Shown: positions 9,329 to 20,828, numbered from the stretch's first letter. The stretch: 64,000 nt of DNA from Betaproteobacteria bacterium UBA3031 (GCA_002367635.1 DFDI01000014.1:4966-68965); one strand, 5' to 3'. Notes: generated from the letters alone by a model not told the origin. Translations and numbers: made by a program.

Positions 9329-9414
9329 TGGTCTGCCTTGTTTAGTGATGAATATTCAAAAGGATGATTTTCAATCATTGGATATCGTACCGATACACAT
9401 CGTACAATAATGGC

Positions 9415-12400
9415 ATGACCATTTCTCAATTTGTACATTTACGAACACACAGTGAATACTCGATTACTCAAGGTATGGTTCGTATACCTGAGTTATGCGA
9501 CCGTGCTCTTGAGTATGGTATGCCTTCGGTCGGGCTTACAGACCTTGATAACTTATTTGGGGTCGTTAAGTTTTATCGTGCGGCTCGGAAACGGGGCCTC
9601 AAACCAATAGTAGGTTGTGATGTGACGGTGCTGACGGCGACCGGTAAAGCCCCTGTGCGCTTATTACTTTTGGTTCAGAATGCTGAGGGATATTTGAGGT
9701 TGAGTCGCTGGTTAACACGTGCTTATGTTGGCATTGATAGGGGTGCTCGGGTTGCTATTCATAGTGAGTGGATTAAAGCCGAAGGTTCGAATGGTCTCAT
9801 TGCCCTATCGGGTTGGAGGCAGGGAGATGTTGAGCGGTCACTCATGAACGGTGACGTTCCTGAAGCCACCGAAAAGCTTAAGCATTGGGGCGCTTTGTTT
9901 GATGGGCGTTTTTATCTCGAAATACAGAGATCAAATGGCGACATTAGAGGCTCTCTGGAAACGGCTGTGTTGCGGCTCGCAAAGCAAGAAAAAATTCCAG
10001 TTGTGGCTACTCATCCCGTGGAGTTTTTGGAGCAAACAGAATTTATGGCTCATGAGGCCCGCTATTGTATTGCGGAGGGACTTTTGCTTGCCGACCAGAA
10101 TAGATCGAGACCCTTTAATGAGGAACAGTATTTCAAATCGAAAGTGCAGATGTGCGAGCTCTTTTCGGATTTGCCAGGGGCAATTGAAAATTCCTTAGAA
10201 ATTGCTCAGCGATGTTCTTTGGAGCTTGATTTAGGCAATCCTCAGCTGCCAAATTTCCCTACCCCTTCTGGTGTGTCACTAGAGCAGTTCTTAGAGCAGC
10301 AAGCCACTGATGGGCTCGACAAGCGAATGAGGCGTATTCGTCGCGGCGACATTGAGGAGGCGGTTATTTCCCAAGCGTATCGAGATAGATTGAAGTTTGA
10401 GATTGATACGATTGTAAATATGGGGTTCGCAGGCTATTTCTTGATCGTCGCTGACTTCATTAGTTGGGCGAAGAATAATGATGTGCCCGTTGGCCCCGGT
10501 CGAGGATCGGGCGCGGGTTCCCTGGTCGCCTTCTCCCTCGGCATTACTGATTTAGATCCCATTCAGTATAACCTGCTCTTTGAGCGCTTCTTGAATCCAG
10601 AGCGGGTCTCAATGCCGGATTTTGATATCGATTTTTGTCAAGATGGACGAGATCGTGTCATTGACTATGTACGCGAAAAATATGGGTCAGACTCGGTGTC
10701 GCAAATTGTGACGTTCGGAACAATGGCAGCAAAGGCTGTTGTGAGAGACGTGGCTCGAGTTATGGAGTGGGGTTATGGCCGGGCTGACGAACTTGCAAAG
10801 TTAATCCCATTTCAGCCAGGGCAGCTCATTACGTTAGATCTTGCAAGGGAAATGGAGCCTCGTTTTAAAGAAAGAGAGGACTCGGATGAGGAGACTCGAG
10901 AGCTTCTTGCGTTAGCGAGGCAATTGGAGGGCATCACTAGAAACGTTGGCATGCACGCTGGAGGCGTTTTGATTGCGCCTTCAGCTCTTAGCGACTTCTG
11001 CCCCTTGTACTCTGCTGATGGTTCTCATAGTGTTGTTTCTCAGCTGGACAAGGATGATGTTGAGCATATCGGTCTTGTTAAGTTTGATTTTCTTGGTCTA
11101 ACTACGCTAACGGTTATTGATTGGACCTTAAAATTTATTAGGCGATTAGATCCTGACAAGATTATTGATCTTGCCGAAATACCGCTTGATGACCTATCGA
11201 CGTATCGTATTTTTTCGAGTGGAAATAGTGCTGCTGTTTTCCAGTTTGAATCTCGAGGGATGAGGGATTTAATTGAAAGGGCGCAGCCAGATCGCTTTGA
11301 GGATATTGTTGCCTTAGTGGCTCTCTTTAGGCCAGGACCGATGGATTTGATTCCTGATTTCGTCGAGAGAAAACATGGCCGTCAACGGGTTAATTTCCCC
11401 GATGAGCGAGTCAAAACTATCTTGGAGGAGACCTATGGAATTATGGTTTACCAAGAGCAGGTTATGCAAATGGCGCAAATTATTGGGGGATATTCTCTCG
11501 GCGGCGCTGATCTTTTGCGTCGAGCCATGGGTAAGAAAAAACCAGAAGAAATGGCGCAACATCGTCAATTGTTTTTGGAAGGGTCGAAGAAGAATGGATT
11601 GAGTGAAGCTAAGTCAAATGAAATTTTTGATTTGATGGAAAAGTTTGCCGGATATGGGTTTAATAAATCGCATGCGGCGGCGTATGCGTTAATCGCGTAT
11701 CAAACGGCTTGGTTTAAATGTCACTATATTTCCGCATTTATGGCGGCGAATATGTCCGCTTCGATGGACGATACGGACCGAATCCAACATTTGTTTGGAG
11801 ACTGTATTAAAAACAAGTTAACACTTTTGCCGCCAGATATTCATGAGTCGGAGTATCGGTTCGTGCCGGTATCAGACACGCAGATACGGTACGGGCTAGG
11901 CGGGATTAGGGGGACAGGAGAGGCGGCTATTGAGCATATCCTTCATGTTCGAGCAAGCGGTGCATTTGAAAGCTTCTTTGATTTTTGTTGTCGCGTGGAT
12001 AGACGAATCGTTAATAAGCGCAGTGTTGAGTCGTTAATAAGATCTGGTGCGTTTGATAGCTTGGATGCCAATCGATCCAGGTTGCTGGCTTCAGTGCACT
12101 CTGCCATAGCAGCAGCCGAGCAACAAGATCGAGATCTTTCTCAGGGAAGTTTGTTTGATGATGACGTTGTTTCAGTGTTTGAGGCGGCAATGACTGAGGC
12201 GCGCCCTTGGGCCGATTATGAGCAACTTCAGAACGAGAAAGTGGCTCTAGGTTTTTATTACAGCGGTCATCCCTTTAAGAGTTTTGAGCAAGAATTATCG
12301 TTAGTCGTGTCCAGCCGCCTTAATGCGATTTCTGTTCCTGCTCCAGGGGATGGTGTCCGTCAAATGCTGCTCGCTGGAGTTGTTGATTCGACTCGTATAC

Positions 12401-12870
12401 AAAAGACCAACAATGGAAGAATGATGATCGTAACGATTTCGGATGGTTATGGTTCTGAAGAAGTGGTGCTTTATGATGAGTTCTTGGATCGATTCAGGGA
12501 TCTTGTGAAAGAAGATGCAATCGTCGTTTTTGAGGCGAAGATTCGTTCCTATCGTCGAGGATCGGAGTTGAATGAAGCGTCTATTGTTTCTCGAATTGCG
12601 GCAGAAAATGTTTTTAGTTTGGCGGCTGTAAGAGAGCGGTTTGGTAAGACTCTGAAGTTGCGTATGGATCGCGGGGCTGACGCGAAGCAACTTAAAACGA
12701 TTCTCGCTCAGTATCGTGACGGTCCGATTCCGGTGAAAGTCTTGTATCAAGGGCCGAGTGGCGAGGCTGAGATTGACCTGGGAGATGAATGGCGTGTTCG
12801 CCCAGAAGACTCATTGTTTAGTGAGTTGAGTGAATGGCTGAGCCCAGAGGCTGTCAGTCTTACGTATTAG
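9415..12870 (+). CDS. dnaE: DNA polymerase III alpha subunit
   Basis: The PHP-domain start FVHLRTHSEYS aligns with the E. coli DnaE N-terminus. Motifs PDFDIDF, GLVKFDFLGL and FNKSHAAAYA are present. The ORF track starts at 9364, but the conserved N-terminus begins at ATG 9415. Confidence 0.95.
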   Translation: MTISQFVHLRTHSEYSITQGMVRIPELCDRALEYGMPSVGLTDLDNLFGVVKFYRAARKRGLKPIVGCDVTVLTATGKAPVRLLLLVQNAEGYLRLSRWLTRAYVGIDRGARVAIHSEWIKAEGSNGLIALSGWRQGDVERSLMNGDVPEATEKLKHWGALFDGRFYLEIQRSNGDIRGSLETAVLRLAKQEKIPVVATHPVEFLEQTEFMAHEARYCIAEGLLLADQNRSRPFNEEQYFKSKVQMCELFSDLPGAIENSLEIAQRCSLELDLGNPQLPNFPTPSGVSLEQFLEQQATDGLDKRMRRIRRGDIEEAVISQAYRDRLKFEIDTIVNMGFAGYFLIVADFISWAKNNDVPVGPGRGSGAGSLVAFSLGITDLDPIQYNLLFERFLNPERVSMPDFDIDFCQDGRDRVIDYVREKYGSDSVSQIVTFGTMAAKAVVRDVARVMEWGYGRADELAKLIPFQPGQLITLDLAREMEPRFKEREDSDEETRELLALARQLEGITRNVGMHAGGVLIAPSALSDFCPLYSADGSHSVVSQLDKDDVEHIGLVKFDFLGLTTLTVIDWTLKFIRRLDPDKIIDLAEIPLDDLSTYRIFSSGNSAAVFQFESRGMRDLIERAQPDRFEDIVALVALFRPGPMDLIPDFVERKHGRQRVNFPDERVKTILEETYGIMVYQEQVMQMAQIIGGYSLGGADLLRRAMGKKKPEEMAQHRQLFLEGSKKNGLSEAKSNEIFDLMEKFAGYGFNKSHAAAYALIAYQTAWFKCHYISAFMAANMSASMDDTDRIQHLFGDCIKNKLTLLPPDIHESEYRFVPVSDTQIRYGLGGIRGTGEAAIEHILHVRASGAFESFFDFCCRVDRRIVNKRSVESLIRSGAFDSLDANRSRLLASVHSAIAAAEQQDRDLSQGSLFDDDVVSVFEAAMTEARPWADYEQLQNEKVALGFYYSGHPFKSFEQELSLVVSSRLNAISVPAPGDGVRQMLLAGVVDSTRIQKTNNGRMMIVTISDGYGSEEVVLYDEFLDRFRDLVKEDAIVVFEAKIRSYRRGSELNEASIVSRIAAENVFSLAAVRERFGKTLKLRMDRGADAKQLKTILAQYRDGPIPVKVLYQGPSGEAEIDLGDEWRVRPEDSLFSELSEWLSPEAVSLTY

Positions 12871-12881
12871 AGCGCTTCAGC

Positions 12882-14981
12882 TTATTTAACCCGCATGCCC
12901 GGGACTGCGCCTGACTCTGGGGAAATTAGAAAAATCCCTGAATCTTCGCCGCTGGCTGCTAGGACCATGCCTTGCGATTCCCCGAAACGCATTTTCCTTG
13001 CCTTTAGATTTGCAACCACAACGACAAGCTTTTGCTTAAGGTCTTCTGGATTGTAGGCTGACTTGATTCCCGCGAGCACTTGTCGTTGCTCTGTGCCAAG
13101 GTCAATTTGTAGACGTACTAATTTATCTGAGCCCTCAACGTGTTCGGCTTCGAGAATTCTGCCGATTCGGAGATCTATGTTGTTAAATGCATCAATTGTG
13201 ATTTCATTGGGGCCTTCAGTTTCGGCTTCTTTTGTGTTTTTATCGGTCATTTTGTTTTTGTCTTTCTTTGCTGGCTGAGATCTGGCGTCAACAGGCTCTT
13301 GAACGTTTAGGGCTATTAGTTTGTCAATCAACTTGGGGTCGACGCGACCCATTAAATGGCTGTAAGCATTGATCTGGTGTTTTGGAGGAAGGCTCTTCTC
13401 ACTATCGGACCATTGAAGCTCCTTGATGTTAAGAAATTCTTCGACTGCAGTTGCGACTTTCGGTAGCGCAGGCTTCAGGTGCACGGTGAGTATTTTGAAT
13501 AAATTAATGGCTACTGAGCATACCTCTTGAAGCTTTTTGGAATTAGGTTCAGATTTGGCTAACTCCCAGGGTTTTTGGGTATCAATGTAACTATTTGCTC
13601 GGTCCGCCAGCGACATAATCTCTCTAATGGCCTTGCTGTATTCTCGCGCTTCATACGCATCAGAAACATTTTTCGATCGACTGAAAAAGTATTGCAATAT
13701 CTCGTGCTCATCCAGCGATACATCGCTTAGGTGCCCATCAAAATTTTTGGTGAGGAAATTCGCTGCGCGGCTAGCAATATTGATGTACTTGCCGACTAAA
13801 TCACTGTTAACGCGCGCCATGAAGTCAGTCAGATTAAGATCAATATCTTCCATGGAGGCGTTTAGCTTGGCCGCGTAATAATAACGGAGCCATTCCGGTT
13901 CAAGGCCGCTTTCCAAGAAGCTCCTCGCGGTAATAAATGTGCCGCGAGATTTAGACATTTTTTGTCCGTTTACGGTCAAGAACCCATGTGCATATATCTT
14001 CGTTGGAGTCCTGAACCCGGAGAATTCGAGCACGGCTGGGAAAAAAAGCGCATGGAAATAAAGAATATCTTTGCCGATGAAGTGTATGAGCTCTGTATCC
14101 CCTCCTGGCTTAAGGAAGTCACGGGTCAGACTTGTTTTATCTTCCGAATGGTGATTTGCAAGGTAGTTTAGAAAACTTCCAAAATATCCCACAGGAGCAT
14201 CCAGCCAAACATAAAAGAATTTGGTTTGATTGGTTCCTGGTATCGGAAAGCCAAAGTACGGCGCGTCTCTAGAAATATCCCAGTCAGATAACTTACTTTG
14301 CCCAGCCTCCCCAAGCCATTCTTTCATTTTGTTTGCGGCTTCTGGCTGCAGTCTGTGTGCGTTTTGTGTGAACTCCCTTAAAAATTCTTCGCAGCGTGCA
14401 TCTGAGAGTTTGAAAAATAGATGGGTAGATGTTTTACGATCTGGTTTGGCACCAGAAATAGTTGAATATGGGTCGATTAGTTCTGTAGGAGAATATGTCG
14501 TACCGCATACCTCACAAGAGTCTCCATATTGATCTGATGCGCTACATTTTGGGCAGGTTCCTTTGACATAACGGTCAGGGAGAAACATTTTTTTGATCGG
14601 GTCATAGAATTGTTCGACCTCTTTTTCGGCAATTAGACCGGCTTCGGTTAATGAATTGAATATTTTTTCGCAAAGCTCCTGATTCTCGGGTGAGTTGGTG
14701 GTGTAATAGTTGTCAAAGCGGATACCAAAGTCATTGAAGTCTAAAGAGTGTTCTTGATGCACTCTTTCTATCAATTGCTCGGGAGAGATGTTTTCTTGCT
14801 CTGCTCTCAGCATTACTGGAGTTCCGTGCGTATCGTCGGCGCATACGTAATGCACCTCGTGCCCAAACATCTTTTGTGCGCTAACCCAAATGTCTGTTTG
14901 AATATATTCGACTAAGTGACCAAGGTGAATGCTGCCATTCGCGTATGGGAGGGCTGATGTAACAAGTATTCTTCTGGTCAT
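12882..14981 (-). CDS. metG: Methionyl-tRNA synthetase with C-terminal tRNA-binding domain
   Basis: HIGH-type motif ([11 protein letters not shown]), KMSKS (GQKMSKSRG), zinc knuckle CPKC...CEVCG, and a C-terminal Trbp111-like domain ([19 protein letters not shown]). Confidence 0.95.
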   Translation of the reverse strand: MTRRILVTSALPYANGSIHLGHLVEYIQTDIWVSAQKMFGHEVHYVCADDTHGTPVMLRAEQENISPEQLIERVHQEHSLDFNDFGIRFDNYYTTNSPENQELCEKIFNSLTEAGLIAEKEVEQFYDPIKKMFLPDRYVKGTCPKCSASDQYGDSCEVCGTTYSPTELIDPYSTISGAKPDRKTSTHLFFKLSDARCEEFLREFTQNAHRLQPEAANKMKEWLGEAGQSKLSDWDISRDAPYFGFPIPGTNQTKFFYVWLDAPVGYFGSFLNYLANHHSEDKTSLTRDFLKPGGDTELIHFIGKDILYFHALFFPAVLEFSGFRTPTKIYAHGFLTVNGQKMSKSRGTFITARSFLESGLEPEWLRYYYAAKLNASMEDIDLNLTDFMARVNSDLVGKYINIASRAANFLTKNFDGHLSDVSLDEHEILQYFFSRSKNVSDAYEAREYSKAIREIMSLADRANSYIDTQKPWELAKSEPNSKKLQEVCSVAINLFKILTVHLKPALPKVATAVEEFLNIKELQWSDSEKSLPPKHQINAYSHLMGRVDPKLIDKLIALNVQEPVDARSQPAKKDKNKMTDKNTKEAETEGPNEITIDAFNNIDLRIGRILEAEHVEGSDKLVRLQIDLGTEQRQVLAGIKSAYNPEDLKQKLVVVVANLKARKMRFGESQGMVLAASGEDSGIFLISPESGAVPGMRVK

Positions 14982-15107
14982 TTTTTATGTTCGTTACGAT
15001 TCTTGGCCATTGACCCTAGGATTTTAGCAAACCAATCGGTAAAGGGCGTACAACAGCGCGTAGGTTTTAGTTAGAATGGGCATTACAGAAAGTGAGTGTA
15101 AATCATA

Positions 15108-16193
15108 ATGATAACTAACGAAGCTATTAAAGAAGAAGTTCTAAAAATTCAAAACCCCGCTACGGGTGAGGTGATTGGTCAATGCGGCGAAAAAGTAGTC
15201 GTTGAAACTGATGAATTCCTGATTCAAATTACCCTCCTTGTGGGGTATCCCATGAAAAGTTTTGAGGCAAATCTCTCTCAACTTATAGTGAAAGAGTTGG
15301 GCAAGCTTGCTGGTGAGAAAAAGATAGAGGTTGTTTTGGAGTTAAGGATTGTTGCGCATGCTGCTCAGTCCGGATTGAAGTTGCTCCCCAATGTGCGCAA
15401 CGTGATTGCGATTGCATCTGGTAAAGGCGGAGTTGGTAAATCGACGACCACAACGAATCTTGCCCTTGCTTTGTCTGCGGAAGGCGCTCGTGTCGGTGTT
15501 TTAGATGCCGACATTTACGGGCCCTCTCAGCACGTTATGTTGGGCCTTAAGGGTAAGCCTGAGTCTGCTGATGGTAAGACTATAACGCCAATGGAGTCTT
15601 ATGGCGTGCAAGCTATGTCGATTGGCGCGCTTGTTGATGTTGATCAGCCGATGGTATGGCGAGGGCCTATGGTTTCTCAAGCGCTTGAGCAGTTGTTAAG
15701 AGACACAATGTGGTCCGATTTGGATTATTTATTGATTGATTTGCCACCTGGTACTGGGGATATTCAGTTGACCTTATCTCAAAAGGTACCGCTTACAGGA
15801 GTTGTTATTGTCACCACACCTCAGGATATTGCGTTGATTGATGCTAGGAAGGCGTTGAAGATGTTCGAAAAGGTTCACGTGCCGATATTGGGCATTATTG
15901 AGAATATGAGTGTTCACGTATGTTCTGAGTGCGGCCACATTGAGCATATATTTGGCCAAGGGGGAGGGGATGAGATGTCGAAAGACTATGATGTTGATGT
16001 GCTTGGCGCGTTGCCTCTAGACATAAAGATCCGACAAGCTTTGGACGCGGGGACTCCAACATTAATTTCTGATCCAGATGGACCTGCTAGTGAAATTTAT
16101 AAAAAAATTGCTCGAGATATTGGACTCAAGCTCGCTAAAAGAAAGCGCGATTATAGCCAGACGTTCCCAAAAATCAGAGTGGATAACAATTAA
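15108..16193 (+). CDS. apbC: Fe-S cluster carrier ATPase (Mrp/ApbC/NBP35 family)
   Basis: N-terminal DUF59-like region, deviant Walker A SGKGGVGKST, CxxC (CSECGH). Divergent from metG, as in many proteobacteria. Confidence 0.9.
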   Translation: MITNEAIKEEVLKIQNPATGEVIGQCGEKVVVETDEFLIQITLLVGYPMKSFEANLSQLIVKELGKLAGEKKIEVVLELRIVAHAAQSGLKLLPNVRNVIAIASGKGGVGKSTTTTNLALALSAEGARVGVLDADIYGPSQHVMLGLKGKPESADGKTITPMESYGVQAMSIGALVDVDQPMVWRGPMVSQALEQLLRDTMWSDLDYLLIDLPPGTGDIQLTLSQKVPLTGVVIVTTPQDIALIDARKALKMFEKVHVPILGIIENMSVHVCSECGHIEHIFGQGGGDEMSKDYDVDVLGALPLDIKIRQALDAGTPTLISDPDGPASEIYKKIARDIGLKLAKRKRDYSQTFPKIRVDNN

Positions 16194-16252
16194 AGGTTGG
16201 GAGTTTCGGTCGTGAAATAGATTGAAGCGAACTTACAGGATGGAGTGAGCAA

Positions 16253-16825
16253 ATGAGTGTTAAGTCTGATCGATGGATTCGGCAAATGGCTGCCGAGAAG
16301 GGGATGATCGAACCCTTTGAGCCTGGACAAATAAAGTCTGTTAATGGAGAGCGGGTTGTTTCTTATGGAACCTCAAGCTATGGATACGATATTCGGTGTT
16401 CCAGTGAATTTAAGATTTTCACCAACATTAACTCGACAATTGTGGATCCTAAAAATTTTGATTCAGACTCTTTTGTTGATTTTCAAGGGGATGTTTGTAT
16501 TATTCCGCCAAATTCATTTGCGCTTGCCCGGACTGTAGAATATTTCCGCATTCCGAGAGATGTTTTAACGATTTGTTTGGGCAAATCGACTTATGCGCGT
16601 TGTGGAATTATCGTCAATGTCACACCGTTTGAGCCTGAGTGGGAGGGTTTCGTGACCTTAGAGTTCTCGAATACCACTACTTTGCCGGCAAAGATTTATG
16701 CTAATGAAGGTGTGGCTCAAGTGATATTTTTTCAGGCAGATGCCGAAGACGTTTGCGAAATCTCCTATCGTGACCGCGGTGGAAAGTATCAGGGTCAGTC
16801 CGGAGTAACCTTGCCCAGGGTTTAA
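16253..16825 (+). CDS. dcd: dCTP deaminase
   Basis: 190 aa with SYGYD.R, the [10 protein letters not shown] pattern, and the C-terminal [11 protein letters not shown] typical of Dcd. Confidence 0.9.
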   Translation: MSVKSDRWIRQMAAEKGMIEPFEPGQIKSVNGERVVSYGTSSYGYDIRCSSEFKIFTNINSTIVDPKNFDSDSFVDFQGDVCIIPPNSFALARTVEYFRIPRDVLTICLGKSTYARCGIIVNVTPFEPEWEGFVTLEFSNTTTLPAKIYANEGVAQVIFFQADAEDVCEISYRDRGGKYQGQSGVTLPRV

Positions 16826-16845
16826 CTCATTGTATATATTGTATT

Positions 16846-16857
16846 TTTTGTACAAAA
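16846..16857. promoter_or_regulatory. Perfect 12-bp palindrome TTTTGTACAAAA just downstream of dcd
   Basis: Read directly from the sequence. It is AT-only, so it is not a stable terminator. It could be an operator or a coincidence. Confidence 0.25.
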
Positions 16858-16888
16858 TTTGAAGATTTGCTGTGTTTGGTAATTTTTC

Positions 16889-16916
16889 TTGATTCTTGCT
16901 CGAGAGTGCCTATAAT
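16889..16916 (+). promoter_or_regulatory. Candidate sigma70 promoter for the decarboxylase gene
   Basis: TTGATT (16889-16894), 16-nt spacer, TATAAT (16911-16916). It would give a ~135-nt leader before ATG 17055. Confidence 0.45.
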
Positions 16917-17054
16917 TCGGCTGTCAAATTACATACTCTAATCCAGAGCTGTCCTAATTGGTGTATAGCGCATGTGACTTGAAAAAGCCTTGATAGGAGT
17001 GAGGGCCTCTGTCCTCGCTGGTGAATCACTGTGGTTTATTTTTTGGGGAATGAG

Positions 17055-18236
17055 ATGACCATACAAGCAGCGCTCAATCAGCAAGTTGAATTGGAAAGTT
17101 TATTTGATTCACATGAAGAGGTAAGTCTTGATGTCACGTGCGTCAATGAACTGTTAAGGGGTGGTTACGATCAACCTGTCCTGATCTTAGACCTTGATAT
17201 TGTTCGTCAAAAATATCATCGGTTTCAGTCAGCAATGCCCGGCATCACACCGCACTACGCGGTTAAAGCCAATCCGGATATGCGGGTGCTCCGAGCGCTC
17301 AAATGCGAGGGGTGTCAATTTGAGATTGCATCGATAAAAGAGCTTGATTTGCTTTTGTCTATTGGCGTAGATGCTTCCACGATTCAGTACAGTAATCCAG
17401 TAAAGCCGAGCTCATTTATTCAGTATGCCGCGGCTAAAGGGGTGCGGTGGTTCGTTTTGGATAGCGAAGAAGAGCTCGTAAAGATTCATGCTCTTGTCCC
17501 AGATGCAAAGTTATATTTACGTTTCGATACGTCTAATATTGGCAGTGATTACCCGCTATCGGGTAAGTTTGGAGTTAAACCTCGAGATATAGATAGCATT
17601 TTAGATGCGGCAGTTGAGATGGGTGCTGACCTTTGTGGTCTGACCTTTCACGTAGGGTCTCAATGTCGGAATATTGAGAATTGGAAGCAAGCAATTGAAA
17701 CCTCGAAGCTTATTTTTCAAAGCATGCAAGCCAAAGGTTTAAAACCTGAATTGTTGAATATCGGTGGCGGCTATCCGGTTCGTCTTACAAAGCCGATCCC
17801 ATCCATTGAGTATATTGGTCGTGTCATTAAAGATGCGCTTGACGGCATTGGCGCTGAGGTTCGAGTTACCGCAGAGCCTGGGCGATACATGGTATCCGAC
17901 GCAGCCTACTTTGTATGCCAAGTAATTGGAACGGCTACCAGGGGGGACGAGAGGTGGATGTATTTGGACGCTGGCATATTTGGTGGGCTCATGGAGTGCT
18001 CACAGGGTATTCAGTATCAGATTGAGGTCAATAACAAATCAGGTAATGAAGTCCTATGGTATGTGGCAGGGCCGAGTTGCGACTCAGTGGATGTGCTGAG
18101 TCGGGAGCAAATGTTACCCGCTACAACTATTGAGGGTGACCTATTGTATTTTCCTAATGCGGGGGCCTACACGACGGTGTATGCGAACGAGTTTAATGGA
18201 TTTCCATTACCAAAGGTCCTCATAATTAACGAATAG
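17055..18236 (+). CDS. Group IV PLP decarboxylase (ornithine or lysine/ornithine decarboxylase-like, Orn/DAP/Arg decarboxylase family 2)
   Basis: PLP-lysine motif HYAVKANPD, plus GGGYP, EPGRYMVSDA and GPSCDSVD, at ~393 aa. The ORF track starts at GTG 17031; ATG 17055 is preceded by GGGGA. Substrate cannot be assigned from sequence alone. Confidence 0.8.
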   Translation: MTIQAALNQQVELESLFDSHEEVSLDVTCVNELLRGGYDQPVLILDLDIVRQKYHRFQSAMPGITPHYAVKANPDMRVLRALKCEGCQFEIASIKELDLLLSIGVDASTIQYSNPVKPSSFIQYAAAKGVRWFVLDSEEELVKIHALVPDAKLYLRFDTSNIGSDYPLSGKFGVKPRDIDSILDAAVEMGADLCGLTFHVGSQCRNIENWKQAIETSKLIFQSMQAKGLKPELLNIGGGYPVRLTKPIPSIEYIGRVIKDALDGIGAEVRVTAEPGRYMVSDAAYFVCQVIGTATRGDERWMYLDAGIFGGLMECSQGIQYQIEVNNKSGNEVLWYVAGPSCDSVDVLSREQMLPATTIEGDLLYFPNAGAYTTVYANEFNGFPLPKVLIINE

Positions 18237-18256
18237 GTACATTCCAACTCTTTGGG

Positions 18257-18748
18257 TTAGCGCGCAATCATTCGTTGGTAAGTGATGAATGAGTAGGACA
18301 AACCAGATGTTTCGTCATGATGTTGCGTGTTACCTAATTCTTGCCAGTTCGTGAAATCAACATCAGGGAAAGAGGTGTCTCCGGACACCTCTTTATGAAT
18401 CAAAGTCATCTCGATGGTGCTGGCCAGCAGCAGAGCGAGCTTATAAATTTCAGCGCCACCAATGATGAACTTTTCTATGCCCTCTGGCGCCATGTGAATC
18501 GCCGCCTCGAGAGTCGAAGCAGTTTGGGCTCCCTTAAGGGGTAAGTTTGCTGATCGGGTAATCACGATATTGTGCCTGTTAGGAAGTGGTTTCCCTATTG
18601 AGTCCCAGGTCTTTCTTCCCATGATTACCGTGTTCCCGGTAGTTAACTGTTTGAAGCGCTTGAGGTCCGCTGACAGGTGCCACGGCAGTGTGCCGTTATT
18701 ACCAATAGTTCTATTTTGAGCCTGAGCTACGATGATTGTGATGCCCAT
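18257..18748 (-). CDS. folA: Dihydrofolate reductase
   Basis: 163 aa with IGNNGTLPWHL, LKRFKQLT, VIMGRKTW and IIGGAEIY. Confidence 0.92.
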   Translation of the reverse strand: MGITIIVAQAQNRTIGNNGTLPWHLSADLKRFKQLTTGNTVIMGRKTWDSIGKPLPNRHNIVITRSANLPLKGAQTASTLEAAIHMAPEGIEKFIIGGAEIYKLALLLASTIEMTLIHKEVSGDTSFPDVDFTNWQELGNTQHHDETSGLSYSFITYQRMIAR

Positions 18749-18761
18749 TGGATTCTCCTAA

Positions 18762-19556
18762 CTATACTGCGACGGGAGCTTTGATCGGCGGATCCGGATC
18801 GTAGTCCTCAAGGTTAAAGTCTGCGTAACTAAAGTCAAAAATGTTTTTGATTGTTTTATTGATATTCATTTTTGGCAGTGTGCGAGGCGTGCGGGAAAGT
18901 TGTTCATTGGTTTGGTCTAAATGATTGATGTACAGGTGGCAATCACCAAAGGTGTGCACAAAGTCTCCCACTTGAAGGCCGCACACTTGAGCAACCATCA
19001 TATTCAATAAAGCATACGACGCTATATTGAAGGGAACTCCAATAAAAAAGTCCGCGCTTCGTTGATAGAGTTGGCAGGATAGTTTTCCATCTGCAACATA
19101 AAACTGAAAAAAAGTATGGCAGGGTGCTAAAGCCATCTTATCTATATCCCCGACGTTCCAAGCCGAGACGATGAGACGACGTGAATTTGGATTTTCCTTG
19201 ATGTCTTGAATGACTTTCGTGATTTGATCGATGTGGTTTCCGTTGGAGGTTGGCCATGATCGCCATTGGTGGCCATAGACCGGACCTAGATCCCCATGCT
19301 CGTCTGCCCATTCATCCCAAATGGTTACGCCGTTGTCTTTGAGGTACTTGATGTTGGTGTCGCCACTTAAGAACCAAAGTAATTCATGGATGATCGATTT
19401 TAGATGAACCTTTTTCGTGGTGAGCAGTGGAAAACCCTCGTTGAGGTCGAAGCGTAATTGTGCCCCAAACACGCTTAATGTTCCCGTGCCGGTTCGATCC
19501 CCTTTGGGGGTCCCGTTATCACGAATGTGTTTCATGAGGTCAAGGTATGATCGCAT
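18762..19556 (-). CDS. thyA: Thymidylate synthase (ThyA type)
   Basis: 264 aa with [36 protein letters not shown] and the C-terminal APVAV. Confidence 0.95.
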   Translation of the reverse strand: MRSYLDLMKHIRDNGTPKGDRTGTGTLSVFGAQLRFDLNEGFPLLTTKKVHLKSIIHELLWFLSGDTNIKYLKDNGVTIWDEWADEHGDLGPVYGHQWRSWPTSNGNHIDQITKVIQDIKENPNSRRLIVSAWNVGDIDKMALAPCHTFFQFYVADGKLSCQLYQRSADFFIGVPFNIASYALLNMMVAQVCGLQVGDFVHTFGDCHLYINHLDQTNEQLSRTPRTLPKMNINKTIKNIFDFSYADFNLEDYDPDPPIKAPVAV

Positions 19557-19718
19557 CGATGTTCCTTGTTATAGGTGCTTTAGCTACTTGATGTCCAGAC
19601 GCTTAAGTTTATCAACTAATTTCCAAGCGAGCACTCATTTTCCTGATTCTTGGCAAGCAGGTGCTGTGTTAAACTCGAGATACATAATTTTTTTATTAAT
19701 AACTGTGTTGAACTGACG

Positions 19719-20828
19719 ATGGCTGGTAACACAATCGGAAAATTTTTCTGTGTGACATCTTTTGGAGAGAGTCATGGTCCCGCTATTGGGTGCGTCGTCG
19801 ATGGATGTCCGCCTGGATTGAGTATTTGTGCGGAAGACATACAAAAAGAGCTGGATCGAAGAAGACCCGGCACTTCGCGTCATGTCACGCAAAGAAGAGA
19901 GCCGGACACTGTTGAGATTTTGTCTGGAGTTTTTGAGGGCCGTACAACTGGGGTTCCCATAGCGCTTCTTATCCGCAATATTGACCAGCGGTCTAAGGAT
20001 TACGGGAATATAGCTGATCAGTTCCGTCCTGGCCATGCTGATTACACGTACTGGCAAAAATATGGAGAGCGTGATTTCAGAGGTGGTGGGCGATCGTCAG
20101 CTCGGGAGACCGCAGCCAGAGTCGCAGCTGGAGCAATTGCGAAAAAATGGTTGCGGGAGCGTTACGGCGTTGAGGTACGGGGATACATGTCTCAAATTGG
20201 TCCTGTAAAAATTAATTTTAAGACGTGGGATAGTGTGGACCAAAACCCATTTTTTTCGCCCGACCCAACAATTGTGCCCGAGCTGGAACAGCATATGGAT
20301 CAATTGAGGAAATCCGGTGATTCTTGTGGTGCCAAGATAACTGTGGTGGCTACTGGTGTTCCGGTCGGTTGGGGGGAGCCGGTTTTCGATAAGCTCGATG
20401 CTGACCTTGCCGGCGCATTGATGGGAATCAATGCGGTAAAGGGGGTTGAGATTGGTGACGGGTTTGAGTCGGTGGTTCAAACGGGCACGACTCACAGTGA
20501 TCAAATGACCCCGGACGGGTTTTTAAGTAACCATTCGGGTGGCGTGCTCGGTGGAATATCAACTGGTCAGGACGTGGTTGCTAGAATCGCAATAAAACCC
20601 ACGTCTAGTATTCGGCTAGATCGCCAATCGATAGATAAAGGCGGCTCTTCCGTTACTGTGAATACTTACGGACGCCATGATCCTTGTGTGGGGATAAGGG
20701 CAACGCCTATCGCGGAAGCTATGGTTGCTTTGGTTCTTATTGATCATGCGTTAAGACATCGAGGTCAGAACGCAGATGTTGAAACGACTACGCCAAGACT
20801 ATCTGCCCAAAATTGTGTAGTTGATTGA
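19719..20828 (+). CDS. aroC: Chorismate synthase
   Basis: [32 protein letters not shown] and RPGHADYTY. The ORF track start at 19650 adds a non-homologous extension. Confidence 0.93.
   Translation: MAGNTIGKFFCVTSFGESHGPAIGCVVDGCPPGLSICAEDIQKELDRRRPGTSRHVTQRREPDTVEILSGVFEGRTTGVPIALLIRNIDQRSKDYGNIADQFRPGHADYTYWQKYGERDFRGGGRSSARETAARVAAGAIAKKWLRERYGVEVRGYMSQIGPVKINFKTWDSVDQNPFFSPDPTIVPELEQHMDQLRKSGDSCGAKITVVATGVPVGWGEPVFDKLDADLAGALMGINAVKGVEIGDGFESVVQTGTTHSDQMTPDGFLSNHSGGVLGGISTGQDVVARIAIKPTSSIRLDRQSIDKGGSSVTVNTYGRHDPCVGIRATPIAEAMVALVLIDHALRHRGQNADVETTTPRLSAQNCVVD

Noticed and set aside
9364-9414. Upstream in-frame starts given by the ORF track: dnaE 9364, aroC 19650, purF 35442, cysS 38570, dnaK 43113, leuB 24311, asd 25438, nadK 46737
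   Set aside because: The conserved N-termini ([53 protein letters not shown] and others) begin at internal ATGs with better SD placement. The extensions are treated as artefacts of longest-ORF calling.
12301-12750. Long antisense or alternative-frame ORFs inside well-supported genes. Examples: 12301-12750(-) in dnaE, 24760-25245(-) in leuB, 27005-27511(-) in fimV, 40434-40919(-) in dnaJ, 51408-51914(-) in carA, 19635-20057(-) and 20097-20504(-) in aroC, 549-812(-) in dctP.
   Set aside because: Each lies fully within a gene whose product shows clear family motifs. Their translations are low-complexity (Ser/Arg/Pro-rich) with no recognisable motifs, as is typical of shadow ORFs.
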